A stretch of DNA of 62,708 nucleotides, the filler included, from Diploschistes diacapsis (Eukaryota), in the NCBI GenBank assembly GCA_023645945.1. It is 9 parts of 9 records of this genome, joined end to end, with 100 filler letters (N's around TTAATTAATTAA, not from the genome) between each part and the next. Parts side by side here need not be neighbours in the genome. Positions count along the whole stretch, not along the records: positions 60,753 to 62,708 come from JALAIB010002481.1; 8 more parts are not named here. One strand, given 5' to 3'. Position numbers and translations under genes: made by a program. Position 1 is the first letter of the stretch; every line of letters starts with the position of its first letter. Below, one piece after another: positions 60,964 to 62,708 of the stretch. The notes beneath the pieces are model-generated. The model made no database searches. It had not been told where the DNA came from and saw nothing but the letters and a program-made list of their open reading frames with translations.

Positions 60964-61469
60964 TATTTTAAAAGGTTCTAGAAGGTTCTAAAAGGTTCTA
61001 CATCGTTAGCCCGAAAAACGGATCAGGAGCTTGTGGTTTTCTGACTCTTGTTCTAGTATTGGCCCTTAGACTCACACAAGAGATCAGGGCGGATCATCAT
61101 TGCGCGCTGTTGAAGAGCCCGCTTCAAGCCCTTAGAGCTGTAGGTAGCTGCTCTTCTTTGGCGTTGGCATTGATACAATATCGGTTTAGCGCGCCGATAC
61201 GAGCATTTGAGAATCGGGGGTATAGGTTACCAAGAACACTCCTTCCAAGCTTCAGGTACTATAACTTCATTCTACCCCAAAGCCGAATGCTTATTGACAA
61301 TGCGAGCGCTCTGGTGCGCCTCTCGAAAGCTATGGTCTGCCCTGTCTAGCATCCAGCATATCCGGTAGCAGGTCATCGTGAAGCAAGTCATCGATGCTCG
61401 AAGAGGTATCGCCGCTTGGACAGATAATATGTATGTCATTCATGGTGATATCGGACCCTTTGCAATGTT

Positions 61470-61895
61470 GCGTGAATCCAAAGTGCCGACCTGACATCAC
61501 TTTAGCAGAGAAAAGACGTCACAACGCAGGATCCCATAAAAACAGTGACTGATACCATTCCATATTATGATCTAGCCAGCATAGCCATTTCTTTTGTGAA
61601 CACTTTCCAGGACCTCAGCTATCATATTTTTCGTAGTCACGACTCTTTGAATTTTCGCCTTTTTTATTGGCAACCACAAAGGCTCTCGGTATCGCTGTTC
61701 CATGTAAAAGTCTTCCGGAGGTAGTTTCTTCGACTAAAGTCTTTCTGGGAGGAGAGTCACAAAGAAGAGCCCGTCAGCCACTCGATCATCATTGCCTTCC
61801 GGCGACTTACTCGATGTCTTCTGCACATGCTGCCGGAAAGCAGTCTTCGTGCCGACACTAAACGCCTCTGGTTCACCCGCAGAAATATCAGTCAT
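61470..61895 (-). pseudogene. Pseudogene of a stand-alone integrase-type H2C2 zinc-binding domain protein
   Basis: Three frames in order: MTDISAGEPEAFSVGTKTAFRQHVQ / MMIEWLT..SSQKDFSRRNYLRKTFTW / RVVTTKNMIAEVLESVHKRNGYAG*...ISHCFYGILRCDVFSLLK*CQV. Confidence 0.65.
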
Positions 61896-62708
61896 GTCGC
61901 AACTTTGTGACTCGCTTGGAAAAGGGTTGTGTTCGCGCGACCAGAGTCCTGCGCCTACAATTGAGGCTAAACTTCAAGGTCCCGCACTTAAATTCACGAT
62001 AGCGCGAATTTGGTCTTTTAGTTGCGCGGTCCATTCGAAGCTGTTGGATCGGGAACTAACTGTGTCGTTGGTATATTCTCAGTGCTATAGCGTGCACTAG
62101 GCTTCTCCTGTCATTGCATTGATTATCATTTTGGAACTTCAGGTCATGTTCGAACTCTTCAAAGATGACAGCTGCTCAATCACTATTCCAAGCAAGTGTT
62201 GATGCCAGTACGGACATAGGCAGCATTAGGGAACTGGCAGTCAACAATTTCCAGGCAGCCGCTGGGCCCAAGACCGCAGAAGTGATTGTCTAAGAGATGC
62301 GGAGCAAGAAGACAGACTTTGGAAGGTATTGTCACGATCGCTCCAAAATGAATAGACTCAGAACCTTCATCAAAAGGTGTTTTGAGCACGTGGAGAAGTT
62401 AGGCACTACAGTGACAGCAGCGATCAAGGCGGTGGGACGTAAGATGGGGGGCAGTTATTCTGACCGAAATAAACGCTATTACATAAGTAAATTATCGGAG
62501 TTGACACTTCCGATCTTTCTATGTCTTCCCACTACATCTCAATATACGTGCACGGTTTATTTGAAGCAAAGAATATCGAAGGTAACGGTGACTAGACTAA
62601 ACTAATGACTCTGATTCGAATGGTGATATTTGTTTTAAAGGAGCGTGGGTGTAAAAAAACTTATAATAAACATCACTTGAAAGACCCGCAAAAAGGGCGT
62701 AAAGGCTA

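Overview
Genomic scaffold from a filamentous ascomycete (Pezizomycotina). The evidence is short spliceosomal introns with CTRAC-type branch points and RIP-like AT-rich repeat islands; assembly gaps are padded with N44-TTAATTAATTAA-N44. Conserved genes: eIF3i/TIF34, uL15/RPL28, CDC7, ADE12, condensin YCS4, NatC MAK3, an SLC10A7/Rch1-like transporter, an FAD monooxygenase, LCL2 (partial), a GH71 alpha-1,3-glucanase, SGT1, a KDM4/Rph1 JmjC demethylase, a caprin-like RGG protein, GCV1, RPL9 and SFH1. Accessory material: a ~10 kb nested, RIP-degraded transposon island (24.2-34.4 kb: copia, gypsy, Tc1, a Fot1-like end and a hAT-like foldback), a second repeat cluster (58.2-61 kb), two related TA-flanked MITEs, a 1 kb TIR element carrying a Cys-rich ORF, and four decayed genes that are not AT-rich. 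The best leads are (1) a highly structured 480-nt RPL28 intron with an H/ACA-like module enclosed by a ~26-bp long-range stem, (2) a tandem pair of large orphan pseudogenes at 10-15.6 kb, one with remnant Zn(II)2Cys6 clusters, (3) a stop-free 75-nt intron in YCS4, (4) GC-donor introns in two neighbouring genes, and (5) an 848-bp foldback element whose flanks are inverted rather than directly repeated. All calls come from reading by eye; no database searches were run.
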